In this document: one piece after another, positions 10,138 through 20,093 of the stretch
Numbering within the stretch: the first letter of the stretch is position 1
Layout of the letters: every line of letters starts with the position of its first letter
Origin: Promethearchaeota archaeon Loki_b32
GTDB lineage: Archaea; Asgardarchaeota; Lokiarchaeia; Sigyniarchaeales; SOKP01
DNA: 64,000 nt
Assembly (NCBI GenBank): GCA_005223125.1
Contig: NJBH01000006.1
Coordinates: 1 to 64,000 of the forward strand
Direction of reading: 5' to 3'
Program-made: the position numbers and the translations under genes
The notes under the pieces: generated by a model
What the model saw: the letters and a program-made list of their open reading frames with translations, nothing else
Databases searched by the model: none
What the model was told of the DNA's origin: nothing

Positions 10138-10282
10138 AAAATAAAATTTTTTTTATTTTTAAATCATTAATATAGTAAGAAATAATTAAAGACTCTTACA
10201 ATTCCCTATTTATTTCCGAATACATACAAACAATTTAAAAGCAAAATAATCAAACTACTAACAAAAAGAAAAAGAAATTTTC

Positions 10283-10879
10283 ATGAATTTAATATTTTTT
10301 ATTAAATCTACGACAGTAAATATTGATAACTATACGATTAAGGATATACCTGGTTCTTCTGGTCGATTAGATGTAATTTCAAGGTGTGTTCTTTCAGCAA
10401 TATTAGGTAGAGATAGTTTTGAAAAAAACATTCAGATATGGGTATTCTTAGATCGTTATGGTACTTTTATTTTTAATCCAGAATTTATTGATTATGAAAT
10501 TTTTCCTAAAAATGAATTGCTCTTTTCAGACTATTTTGTTAAATTTCTACAGAAGCATAGTGTTAATGAAGAACATCCTCCAAATATATTAAATTCTATA
10601 AAAGTTTCAAAAATGAGGATAATAGAAGCAATTATGCACTTTCAAACATTGAATTATAAATTATATGTTTTATGTGAACAAGGTAAGGATTTCTTCAAGC
10701 TATTAAGTGGTATTAAAGAAAATGAAAATATAGTTTTCATATTAGGCAGTCAAGAAGATGAATATATTGACTCAAAGGAATTACTAGCATTAAAGATTCC
10801 CGTTATAAGTATCGGAAATCAATCCTATTTAGCGTCTTCTGTTATTCGATTATTGAAATTACACTTATTAGCATTATAA
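10283..10879 (+). CDS. trmY: tRNA (pseudouridine54-N1)-methyltransferase, SPOUT family
   Basis: DIPGSSGRLDVISRC, FILG, ISIG-xxSYLAS. Confidence 0.8.
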   Translation: MNLIFFIKSTTVNIDNYTIKDIPGSSGRLDVISRCVLSAILGRDSFEKNIQIWVFLDRYGTFIFNPEFIDYEIFPKNELLFSDYFVKFLQKHSVNEEHPPNILNSIKVSKMRIIEAIMHFQTLNYKLYVLCEQGKDFFKLLSGIKENENIVFILGSQEDEYIDSKELLALKIPVISIGNQSYLASSVIRLLKLHLLAL

Positions 10880-10946
10880 TAAATTTTTTATTCTAAAGAA
10901 ATTTTAAGATTATTAATCGTATGGGATTTCAGGATTTATAAAGGAA

Positions 10947-11666
10947 TTGAATGAGATAGAAGACATAGATAAAAGAGCTCGACAGAGAGAATTTTCATAT
11001 AGATTTATAGATCGCCCGGTAGAATTTTTAATTAGACATAATTTTACACCTAATAAGATTTCTTATATAGGATTCGTATGCACGTTAGTTGCATCATTAA
11101 TAATTGCAATATATGGATTGTTTTTTTCTATATGGCTCTCATGGATTATTCCCGCTATTATAGGAATAGCTGGTGCTATGGATCTATTTGATGGGGAAGT
11201 AGCTAGAAGAACAAATAAAGAAACTCAAGCAGGGGCATTCTTGGATTCAAATTTAGACAGACTTTCTGATGCTATTTTTATTTTAGGTTTAATTTATGGA
11301 GGTTTAGTAAATTATTTAATAGGCTATATTATCTTGTTTTTAGTTATAATGATTTCTTATACACGTTCAAGAGCAGAAAATGAAGGTGTTAATATGGAGG
11401 GAATTGGATTCATGGAAAGAGCTGAGCGAATTCTTTTTTTGCTTTTTGTTATAATTATAGAATTAATACTATATTTTTCGACGTTTCTCTTGTTAAATGA
11501 ACCATTAACCATTTTTATCCCATTTATTACTAGTATTCCAGTAACACCAGTCTTTCTCATTAGCATTTTAATTTATATTTTTACTTTAATTTATACTATT
11601 CTGCAAAGATTAAACTATACCTTTAAAACTTTAAAAAATCATAATGCAAATTTAGAGGAAAAATAA
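10947..11666 (+). CDS. CDP-alcohol phosphatidyltransferase (archaetidylinositol-phosphate synthase-like)
   Basis: DLFDGEVAR..GAFLDSNLDRLSD, SYTRSRAE, ERAER. Confidence 0.9.
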   Translation: MNEIEDIDKRARQREFSYRFIDRPVEFLIRHNFTPNKISYIGFVCTLVASLIIAIYGLFFSIWLSWIIPAIIGIAGAMDLFDGEVARRTNKETQAGAFLDSNLDRLSDAIFILGLIYGGLVNYLIGYIILFLVIMISYTRSRAENEGVNMEGIGFMERAERILFLLFVIIIELILYFSTFLLLNEPLTIFIPFITSIPVTPVFLISILIYIFTLIYTILQRLNYTFKTLKNHNANLEEK

Positions 11667-11804
11667 TCAGTTTATAAAATAAGCCCTATTAATATCTATT
11701 TATATAATTTACTACGCCTAAAGATAAATTTTTTAAGTTTTATATAATTCATTCTTTAGAGGTAACAAAATATATCAATAAAAATAGAAAATTGCTGATT
11801 CCTT

Positions 11805-12077
11805 ATTCCTAAAAAAAGAAAAAGTGGTGGAAAGAGTGGTTCTAAAAAAGGGCATTATGCTAGAGTTCAATGCTCAAAATGCGGACGTATGGTTGCTAGA
11901 AGTAAAGCAAAAGCCGTGACAAGAAGAACATCTTTAGTTGATGGTAGAATGTATGCTGAACTGAAAAAGACTGGTACTATTATTCAAACTCCAAGCACGA
12001 AAAAATATTACTGTATTAGTTGTAGTATCCACTCAAGGAATATCGCCCAGCGTGCTAAATCAGAGAGGAGAACTTAG
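11805..12077 (+). CDS. rps26e: Small-subunit ribosomal protein eS26, ATT start
   Basis: (M)PKKRKSGG..VQCSKCGR..KAK..YYCISCSIH; in-frame TGA at 11796 and no ATG/GTG/TTG before the conserved N-terminus. Confidence 0.92.
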   Translation: MPKKRKSGGKSGSKKGHYARVQCSKCGRMVARSKAKAVTRRTSLVDGRMYAELKKTGTIIQTPSTKKYYCISCSIHSRNIAQRAKSERRT

Positions 12078-12321
12078 ATTTAGTCACTTCGGCAATGTAT
12101 AATACTGCTACAGCACAACATATAAAGTCACCATGTAGTGAATCTTTTTTCTTTAAATATAAACAAGTTTATTCTATATTTAACGATGTTAATATAGTTG
12201 TTGTCAAACCTACAATTATAAATAAGAAAATAAAATAAGTGAAATAATATAATGGAACCAGAAATTTCTATAGAAAAGCGGATGTTAATGCATCTCTTAT
12301 GATGTGATGTTAACAAATTGG

Positions 12322-12363
12322 AAATTATTTTAAATCCTTGAGTGCTGAATTTTTCTGAGGTTT
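12322..12363 (+). repeat. 42-bp direct repeat, copy A
   Basis: AAATTATTTTAAATCCTTGAGTGCTGAATTTTTCTGAGGTTT; 40/42 identical to 19864-19905. Confidence 0.92.
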
Positions 12364-12384
12364 ATTTTATTATACAATAAAGAT

Positions 12385-12546
12385 GTTCAATCCTTTTTCG
12401 TGCGGATAATATTTGACAATTGCAAGAGTGATGTGAATGATGTGGATCAATCTTTATTTGCATGGATAATATAAAAGGTGATTCGAAAAATGTCTCAAAA
12501 GATTCATGTGGATCAATCCTTGTTCATGTGGATATTATATAAATAA
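12385..12546 (-). repeat. Three degenerate ~28-36 bp repeats (period 60 and 66), CRISPR-repeat-like
   Basis: + strand units GTTCAATCCTTTTTCGTGCGGATAATAT, GATCAATCTTTATTTGCATGGATAATAT and GATCAATCCTTGTTCATGTGGATATTAT. Confidence 0.6.
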
Positions 12547-12554
12547 ATATTATT

Positions 12555-15554
12555 TTAATTTGACTTAATATTTCGAAGAAATTCAAGTGCACATTCTCTA
12601 TAATACTTTCGATGTAGAGATAAGCCAATTTTTACATTCTCTTCATTGATTTTAAAACCACATGATTTGTTATTTATATTTTGTAATTGCTTTCTCTCTG
12701 TCTCTGGTAATTTCCAAGCCATATTCACCTTTAATTTTTCATCTATAACCTTTAGAGAGATCGATTTCATGATATTATCGGCATATTTTCTCTGTGCAAA
12801 GTAATAGGCAAATTCATTTTTTAGATTTTTATCTCGTTCTGTCATGTATTTCTCCCAATCCTCTTCCCACCATCTCATGCGGATAGCTGGGTATGTACGG
12901 GGTTTTATATTGAGTTTGTTAGATAAAATCTTGTTTTTTTCTACCCACGCAGGCGCTTTTAAAAATAAACCTATACTTTTATAATGTTCATAGTTTTCAT
13001 TTCGCAATTCATTCATATGTTCATAGTGAAAGCTTATTTTGACTATATTATGAATAATTTTATTTAGAACCAATAAACAATCAAAAAAATGAGTTAGCTG
13101 TTTTAACATATGTTTAACTTCTGACGAGTAATATCCAAAGATTATGTACTGAAGGAATTTTTCGAACTCATAAAAAAAGTCATTAATATAATTCTTAGCT
13201 TCACAACCAAAATCTTCTGGGGAAAACAAATCAATTCTTTCCTCCAGGAGAATTCTTATTTCGTTTAATCTTTCAATGAAGTTTTTAGGTGGTGTGAATT
13301 CTTTATCTTTTAATATGACTTTCAAGTCTTCAAACAAACTAATATCTGAAATATCTTTTATTACAGAAAGAAGATCCATTATAGACTCATTTTGATGCCC
13401 TAGAATTTTCATTATATCGTTATATTTTTTAATTTTTGAAGAATCTTCAAAGTCTTGACCATCTTGAAAACATAGAAAGATTTCTTTCTTAATAGGCTCG
13501 GTTAGTCTCGTATTTATCTTTTGTATAATATCAAGGTCTAACTTTTCATAAGCCATGAATAGGAACATAATTATATTATCGTGTACATTTGTCCATGGAT
13601 TTTCCGGAATATAGGTTTTAACAAGTCTATTTATTAGGTCATATTCAGGACTTTCAAATATTTGGCAAATTTGATCTTTATCATATATTTTAAAAAATTC
13701 TTTTAGGAACTCATAACTCCAATCTCCATATTCATAGTATTTATCGTTTAAAATGACGTTTTTTATGAAGGGAGCAATCATATCACTTCCCATTTCTCTC
13801 ATTATTTTAAATATATAATCTAGATAATCACGTTTTTGAGTGAATTTAAAAATAAGATCTCCACCTTCCGGACCCATTTTACTTAGAAAGTACTCGAGAT
13901 AAGTGGGTGGATATTCTTCGTTGAAAATCTTGTTAATAATGTTTAGAAAATTATGTCCTGAATTTTTTGATATCTTAATTACATCACTTTTATTTAATAG
14001 TTTGACAATTTCTGTATTAAACAGGTTTACAATAGCTTCATAGGAATTAGCTTGAAACGATGCTAATAAACATTCTATTATTAAAATCTTTAAGTTTTCT
14101 TTATTATCCTTTACAATATTAGTCGTAAGTTTACCAATTTCGTCCCTATACTCAAAATTATACTCATATTTATTATATATAATAACGTTAAGTAGTATTT
14201 TTAAACCAAGTTCTCCTAATTTTTCAATATTTTGCTTACTAGGAACGTAATTTCCAGAACTTACAATCTGTGAAAATTCTATAAGATCTAATTGTTCATA
14301 CTTTTTTTTCAAAGATTTCATCAAAAATTCGGGTGATTCTTTGTATATGATAAAAGTGGTCATGATCCAGCATTTTTCTTCACTATTCAAATCATCATAA
14401 TGTTTTGAAAGGAATTCACGTAAGATTCTTGAATTATTTTCGAGGAGAATCCCAAAAAGATAGAAACGAATCCGTTCCTGACGATTTTTATAAGCTAAAA
14501 TAGTTCTTTCTAGAATTTTTTTAATCTCCTCTGAAACGATACTTAGGAAAGGTATATCATATTTTTCAAGTAAATCTATGGTATTTTCGTTTAATTTAAA
14601 GTCTTTTTTATCTATTCCAGAAGCGTGTGAAGTATTATCAAGTATAATGAATGAAATTTTTCTCCAATCTAAATTCTTTAGGTTTTTCTGTATCTTTTCG
14701 AATATTAATTGATCAATTTTGTTTTGATCAAATAATAAATATGAAATCAATGCAACTTTTTGATCTTTGTTTAAAATGGAATACATTCTCTGAAAAAAAT
14801 TTACTATACTTTTAGAATTGCGAAAAATTAATATTTTGCTTACTTTTTGAAAGCTCTTGAATTTTTCTCTTAAATGATGATTCCATTCGATATACCAATC
14901 AAGTTCTTTTTTCAGTAATTTGAAAAGGGCATCATCCAACTTTTTCAAATCAAAGTCTTGAAATTCTTCTTCTGAAAAGGCATCAAATAAATCTTCTCGA
15001 AGAATGTCTCTAAAAATCTCAAAATTTTCTGATTTTAAATAATAATTAATGTCATTTTTTAGCACTAGTTTGGCAAAATCTTCATCAAATTTAATTAATC
15101 TCTTAAAATTGTATGGATATATTATACCCCCTGATAAAATATTAAGGTTCCTCTTATCAAATAGCTTACCTAAATCTTCTTCACTAAACAGATTCAAATA
15201 GCGATTCCCTAAAATAAAATTAACCACATCTGATTCACCACTTAAAAACCCCTTCAATACATCTCTTTTAAAAACTTTTTTAGCAATCGGTTCTCTTGAA
15301 TCAGATAATCTTTCCAATAATTGAAACGCAATATCATAAGGTAGGAGTGTTTTATCATATTCACTCTCTACCCATTTTTGTATAGATGAGCATCGGTTAT
15401 TGAATTCTTCCTCAGTATTGTCCTCATTACGTTCATTAATTGGGATTGAAGAATGCCAATGTACCAAAGTGTGTGTTTCCATATGGATTTCTGTAATAGA
15501 CATAACACCCTCTTGTTTTAGAGTAATATACTTATTAACCTTGAATTCTTTCAT
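12555..15554 (-). CDS. Large hypothetical helical protein with a degenerate Loki-type N-terminal domain
   Basis: 999-aa ORF; N-terminus MKEFKVNKYITLK..EEF..CSSIQKWVESEYD..LL..IAF is paralogous to the next gene. Confidence 0.8.
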   Translation of the reverse strand: MKEFKVNKYITLKQEGVMSITEIHMETHTLVHWHSSIPINERNEDNTEEEFNNRCSSIQKWVESEYDKTLLPYDIAFQLLERLSDSREPIAKKVFKRDVLKGFLSGESDVVNFILGNRYLNLFSEEDLGKLFDKRNLNILSGGIIYPYNFKRLIKFDEDFAKLVLKNDINYYLKSENFEIFRDILREDLFDAFSEEEFQDFDLKKLDDALFKLLKKELDWYIEWNHHLREKFKSFQKVSKILIFRNSKSIVNFFQRMYSILNKDQKVALISYLLFDQNKIDQLIFEKIQKNLKNLDWRKISFIILDNTSHASGIDKKDFKLNENTIDLLEKYDIPFLSIVSEEIKKILERTILAYKNRQERIRFYLFGILLENNSRILREFLSKHYDDLNSEEKCWIMTTFIIYKESPEFLMKSLKKKYEQLDLIEFSQIVSSGNYVPSKQNIEKLGELGLKILLNVIIYNKYEYNFEYRDEIGKLTTNIVKDNKENLKILIIECLLASFQANSYEAIVNLFNTEIVKLLNKSDVIKISKNSGHNFLNIINKIFNEEYPPTYLEYFLSKMGPEGGDLIFKFTQKRDYLDYIFKIMREMGSDMIAPFIKNVILNDKYYEYGDWSYEFLKEFFKIYDKDQICQIFESPEYDLINRLVKTYIPENPWTNVHDNIIMFLFMAYEKLDLDIIQKINTRLTEPIKKEIFLCFQDGQDFEDSSKIKKYNDIMKILGHQNESIMDLLSVIKDISDISLFEDLKVILKDKEFTPPKNFIERLNEIRILLEERIDLFSPEDFGCEAKNYINDFFYEFEKFLQYIIFGYYSSEVKHMLKQLTHFFDCLLVLNKIIHNIVKISFHYEHMNELRNENYEHYKSIGLFLKAPAWVEKNKILSNKLNIKPRTYPAIRMRWWEEDWEKYMTERDKNLKNEFAYYFAQRKYADNIMKSISLKVIDEKLKVNMAWKLPETERKQLQNINNKSCGFKINEENVKIGLSLHRKYYRECALEFLRNIKSN

Positions 15555-15569
15555 TAAGAACCATCCTCT

Positions 15570-18500
15570 TTAAAAAATAAATGTATCATCTGGATCGAAG
15601 TCAAATTCCTTAATTTCAAAATTAAATTTATATTCCAGTAATTTTTCTTTAGGAATATTATTTTTACCTAATACTAAGACTTTTAATTCTTTTAGATGCT
15701 CCAATCCTTTTATTTCAGATATTTCATTGCTGTATAAGTTGAGATATTTCAATTTTTTAAGACTATTTAAGTTTTCAATTTCCGAAATTTTATTGATACT
15801 TATATCGAGAAATTCTAAATTAATGAGATTGTCTAAACCATTGATTTTAGTTATTTTATTTCTGTTTAACTTTAACTTTTTTAAATTTTTTAGAGAATCT
15901 AACCCTTTTATTTCAATTAAAGTTTGATTATAGTTGATATTTAGAATTTCTAAGTTGTTAAGTTTCTCTAATCCTTTTATTTCAGAAATCCTATTCTGAG
16001 CTAAATCGAGTATTTTCAGCTTTTGTTGATTTTCGAGATTTTTAATTTCTCGAATGTTGTTTTTACGAAGAAAAATGGCTTCAAGATCAGTCAAGCTTTC
16101 TAATCTTTTTATTTCGTCAAAAGATCCAATGCTAAAATTAGTCAAATCTAATGCTTTATTCCAAATATAAAATTTTTTTCCATATACGAGTACAGATTCA
16201 GTATTTTCTTTAGGTATCAATTTTTGGCGACAATATTCCACAAAATTACGAGGATTTTTAGCCAAGTAAGGCCAACTTTTTGTCTCAACACTTCCCAATT
16301 CCTCAAAAAGTTGGTGATCTATTGGATTACCTCCAATACTTAAGCGATTTAATTTTGGAAGATCTTCTAAACCCTTTATCTCTGAAATATTGTTATTACA
16401 GAGTTCTAACATAGTAATATTATACAGACTCTTCAGTCCTTTAATCTCCTTAATCTTATTAAATCCAAGATCTAAGCGGAATAACTTTTTTAGGTTTTCT
16501 AACCCCTTAATTTCGGTAATTTGATTACTCGCAAGATCCAAATCTCGCAAGTTTGCAAGTTCAGATAATTGTCTGGGGATTTCTTTTAGGTTTAGATTTT
16601 TAAAATTTATGGTTGCAAGTGATTTTAGTCCACTAAACCAATTTGGGAATTCTTTTATCTTTGAAGATGATAAATCCAGTTCCACCAGATTTTTCAGGTT
16701 TTTCAACGATTTGGGTAGAGATTCGATTCTTGTGTTTGAAAGCTTTAAATACCTTAACTTTTTTAATCGTCCAAACGAATCTGGTAAAGTTTCAAGCTTA
16801 CACCCGAATGCATTAAAGGATTCAAGCGATTTTAAATCCCCTATTGATTCTGGTAAGGTTTTAATTGTATTTTTATGGTTATTTGATATATCTAAAGATT
16901 TTAAAGACTCCAACCCTCCAATGCTTTCGGGAAGAGATTCTAAGAGATTTTCAAACATTCTTATTGACTGAAGATTTTTAAGATTCCCAATGGATTCGGG
17001 GAGGTATTTGATGGGATTCCCGTTCAAATCTAATTTTTTCAGAGATTTTAATTCCCCGATGAACTCGGGGAGTGTAGTAAAATTATTGTAACTTAAATTC
17101 AGTTCTTCGAGCGAAGTTAACTTTGCAAAGGATGTGGGCAGATTTGACAAGGGTGAGTAACATATGTTTAATCTTTTTAAACTTGTGAGTTCCCCGATAG
17201 TTTTAGGTAATTGCTGCAAGTTGACTCCGTTTTCGTCCCAAATTGATAACTCCTCTACTTTTCCATTAGCAATAATAAAACCTGATCCCTGGGGTTCCTC
17301 ATCATTGTTATGTATAAATAAATCACTGTCAATTTCATTCTCAATTTCCATAAGAACCTCTTTTCCAGAAGAAATTAATTTCCAAAAATCTTCTCGATTC
17401 AAATCATTAACATAATCTCTAATGTGATAGCTAAACTTATCCTCATCATAACTGTGTCTTTCCATGAACCAAAATATACTACTAACAAAATCTCTTGGAA
17501 AAAAATCTCGAATATCAATCAGGATTTTGTCAATAATTTCATCATATTCCCACTGAAGCTTTTTGTATATTTGATAGTCAAGTGATAGTAGCAGTTCATT
17601 AATGCCCTTTGGAGCGATGCAAAGAAATTTTACTGCTAGAATGTCAAATCCAAAATCCCAATTATCTTTATCCTGGAGTTCTAACAATTGCTCTAAAATC
17701 AGATTCAAGATATTATTAGGTCGTCTTTTCAATTCAGTGGTCATCATCGTAGTGTTAGAAACTAACAAGGCCCTCAATTCGAGTAGAAGTGGTTCATTTA
17801 AGAAACTTTGATTAAATTCAGATTCTGTATCTTGAATGATGGTCGTAAGGAAAAAATCTAGTATGTCAAGAGCGTAAGAATTCTTATTTACTGCATAGAG
17901 CTTGAAGATTTTCAAATTAAACCGCCTATCGCTTCGCATAACGTTCAAACACTCCTCTTCTAAAGTAGTTTCGATATGGGTGAGAAATTCTTCAATATCA
18001 TCAATCCTTATATATTTGAATAAATATTGAAAATTGATTAAATCCCTAAATAGGTCTATATCATCAGTTTTTAATCGTTCCAGTAAAGCCTTCCTAATAT
18101 CTTGTATCTCACTAAAATCTTCGTCTTTTATGAAGAAACTAATGCGGTTTAATAAATTAACCAGTGGTCTTCTAGAAGAATAGCTTTTTGTGAAATACTT
18201 GAAATTGTTGTTCTTTAGCATGTTAATTAGCAAGAGAACCTTGATGTTATTAAAAAATCTATCCTCAAATATACCAAATCTTGGGATATTAATCAAACCC
18301 TTAACAAGTTCTTCTTGATTCATGATATTTTTGAGGATCAAGGAGGTCTCTTCATCATCAAGGACACTTTTTATCACTTTAAAAATAACAATACCTTTAG
18401 GATCTTTTTTTCTCACCAGATCAACTATGATTTTAACGAGCTGTTCCCTTTTATCCTCTGACATGTTTTTAATAAATTCTTCGAACTGTGGAAGTTTTTT

Positions 18501-19808
18501 TATCATAAGAATCATGTTTTTCGGAGATATATCTCCATGAATAAACGTTTGGAGGAGATTCACAATGACATTCTTATTTTGTAAGGAATCTATTGCTTGC
18601 TTGTTTAAATACCTCGTCAAATCATTAAGCTTAAATAATTCTAGGAGGTTATGCTCATCCTTACTACAAATAAGTTCGATGATTTTAGCAGTGATCTCGC
18701 GATCATTTACAAGTTCAAGGGTTCGTGAGGAGTATATGAAATCAGATTCTTTTTCATTAAGTAAAAAACGAGTTATTATCTCTTCTTTGAGTAATTTATT
18801 TGCAACATCATCACCTTTTTTAATGAGGTATCTCAAAAATGTGGAAAACATAATGGTGCGAATATCACTTGTTTCTAGAAAAGCTTTAATAGTTTCTTTT
18901 AAGGTATTACTGTTTTTACAAAAGAGATGTTCCACTCCAGATTCCTCTAGGTATTGAATGACTAATCGTCCTAACCAATATTCAAATGCTATTGGAAATC
19001 TTGGAAATTTTTTAACAAATTCACGAACCTTACCATCCTTACGTTTATTCACGTAGGCTCGGAGCATCGCATTATGCATTCCTGGATCAAGCTGTATATC
19101 CCTGTTAGAACGAAAATAAATACCTTCTGGCCTAAAAACTCCCGTATACAGCATTATTGCCCCAGATGTCTCCTCATTTAAATCTTCAAAGACTTGTTTC
19201 CAGTTTTCATCTTGAAAAGAATCCATTAGTCGAAACAGGTTTATAAACCTAAAAATCGAATCATCCCCCGCTTCGATTCTCTTTAGTGTTTGATCCAATA
19301 TCCGAGGATAAGGTGCAAGAAACATGTTTTCACGGATGTTTTTATCTAGATATTCTAGATATCCATTTTGGAAAAGATATGAAACGACTGGTAAATACCA
19401 AGATTTCAAACGTTTCATTATTTCTTCTTTGAGGGCGCGTTTAGCAATTGGATCTCCAATGAGAGACAGTTTTTTAAGCAAGGGAAAAGCTAAATTCGAA
19501 TGGAGTAACCGAGTATCGTATTCATGTTCCACCCATACTTGCATATTCGAACAATGCCCCCAAAATTCTGTCTCTGGTGGGATTCTTGATGCAACCATAT
19601 CCATTCGCTCGAGAGAGCGATCTAATTTTTCAGCAGCTTCATCGATAGATTCAATCTCATCAAAAGTGCTAATTTTATCAACAGGAATATTCAGCAATAA
19701 AAACTTACATTGATTAAACAATTGTTCTTTAACATAAATGTTGGTCTTTTCCCCTTCCAGCTTTAACGTGATGTACTCATTAACCTTGAATTCTTTCTGT
19801 GTAGGCAA
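15570..19808 (-). CDS. Leucine-rich repeat protein with Loki-type N-terminal domain
   Basis: KEFKVNEYITLKLE..QCKFLLLNIP..EFWGHCSN..LAFPLLKKL N-domain; LPESIGxL-type and ISEIKGLE (SDS22-like) LRRs in the C-terminal part. Confidence 0.92.
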   Translation of the reverse strand: MPTQKEFKVNEYITLKLEGEKTNIYVKEQLFNQCKFLLLNIPVDKISTFDEIESIDEAAEKLDRSLERMDMVASRIPPETEFWGHCSNMQVWVEHEYDTRLLHSNLAFPLLKKLSLIGDPIAKRALKEEIMKRLKSWYLPVVSYLFQNGYLEYLDKNIRENMFLAPYPRILDQTLKRIEAGDDSIFRFINLFRLMDSFQDENWKQVFEDLNEETSGAIMLYTGVFRPEGIYFRSNRDIQLDPGMHNAMLRAYVNKRKDGKVREFVKKFPRFPIAFEYWLGRLVIQYLEESGVEHLFCKNSNTLKETIKAFLETSDIRTIMFSTFLRYLIKKGDDVANKLLKEEIITRFLLNEKESDFIYSSRTLELVNDREITAKIIELICSKDEHNLLELFKLNDLTRYLNKQAIDSLQNKNVIVNLLQTFIHGDISPKNMILMIKKLPQFEEFIKNMSEDKREQLVKIIVDLVRKKDPKGIVIFKVIKSVLDDEETSLILKNIMNQEELVKGLINIPRFGIFEDRFFNNIKVLLLINMLKNNNFKYFTKSYSSRRPLVNLLNRISFFIKDEDFSEIQDIRKALLERLKTDDIDLFRDLINFQYLFKYIRIDDIEEFLTHIETTLEEECLNVMRSDRRFNLKIFKLYAVNKNSYALDILDFFLTTIIQDTESEFNQSFLNEPLLLELRALLVSNTTMMTTELKRRPNNILNLILEQLLELQDKDNWDFGFDILAVKFLCIAPKGINELLLSLDYQIYKKLQWEYDEIIDKILIDIRDFFPRDFVSSIFWFMERHSYDEDKFSYHIRDYVNDLNREDFWKLISSGKEVLMEIENEIDSDLFIHNNDEEPQGSGFIIANGKVEELSIWDENGVNLQQLPKTIGELTSLKRLNICYSPLSNLPTSFAKLTSLEELNLSYNNFTTLPEFIGELKSLKKLDLNGNPIKYLPESIGNLKNLQSIRMFENLLESLPESIGGLESLKSLDISNNHKNTIKTLPESIGDLKSLESFNAFGCKLETLPDSFGRLKKLRYLKLSNTRIESLPKSLKNLKNLVELDLSSSKIKEFPNWFSGLKSLATINFKNLNLKEIPRQLSELANLRDLDLASNQITEIKGLENLKKLFRLDLGFNKIKEIKGLKSLYNITMLELCNNNISEIKGLEDLPKLNRLSIGGNPIDHQLFEELGSVETKSWPYLAKNPRNFVEYCRQKLIPKENTESVLVYGKKFYIWNKALDLTNFSIGSFDEIKRLESLTDLEAIFLRKNNIREIKNLENQQKLKILDLAQNRISEIKGLEKLNNLEILNINYNQTLIEIKGLDSLKNLKKLKLNRNKITKINGLDNLINLEFLDISINKISEIENLNSLKKLKYLNLYSNEISEIKGLEHLKELKVLVLGKNNIPKEKLLEYKFNFEIKEFDFDPDDTFIF

Positions 19809-19863
19809 TTTTATGGTTTTTTCATATTTTTGTCTTATAATTGGATAAGATACTTATAAATAA

Positions 19864-19905
19864 AAATTATTTTAATTCCTTGAGTGCTGAATTTTTCTGA
19901 TGTTT
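19864..19905 (+). repeat. 42-bp direct repeat, copy B, just upstream of the LRR gene TATA-like box
   Basis: 40/42 identical to 12322-12363. Confidence 0.92.
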
Positions 19906-20031
19906 TGATGATTTTCGCTAGACTTTTTCTTTAAATAGTTTCAAACACACAATAATAAAAACCGTAATTTTCAATAAAATATTTGAGGAGAAGATAAAGG
20001 CCTCCCTTAACCATGGCTCCTGTCAGACACC

Positions 20032-20093
20032 CTGGATTTTTGTCTTTTGATCGTGTAGTAGGTTACACGATGTTTTCGCCCTCCTCCCCCTAT
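20032..20093. repeat. 62-bp dispersed element, copy 1
   Basis: 49/62 ungapped identity to 63565-63626; ATCGTGTA-N6-TACACGAT palindrome; invariant TTCGCCCTCCTCCCCCTAT. Confidence 0.85.

Noticed and set aside
12128-12316. 62-aa minus-strand ORF
   Set aside because: TTG start and no motif; at most a remnant
12555-15554. 999-aa protein as a Cas effector for the adjacent repeats
   Set aside because: No RuvC, HNH, HEPN or Cas10 motifs were recognised; its N-terminus belongs to the LRR-associated family
15570-17260. Nucleotide repeats in the LRR region as a DGR or CRISPR array
   Set aside because: They are explained by coding LRR units; no reverse transcriptase or TR/VR pair is present
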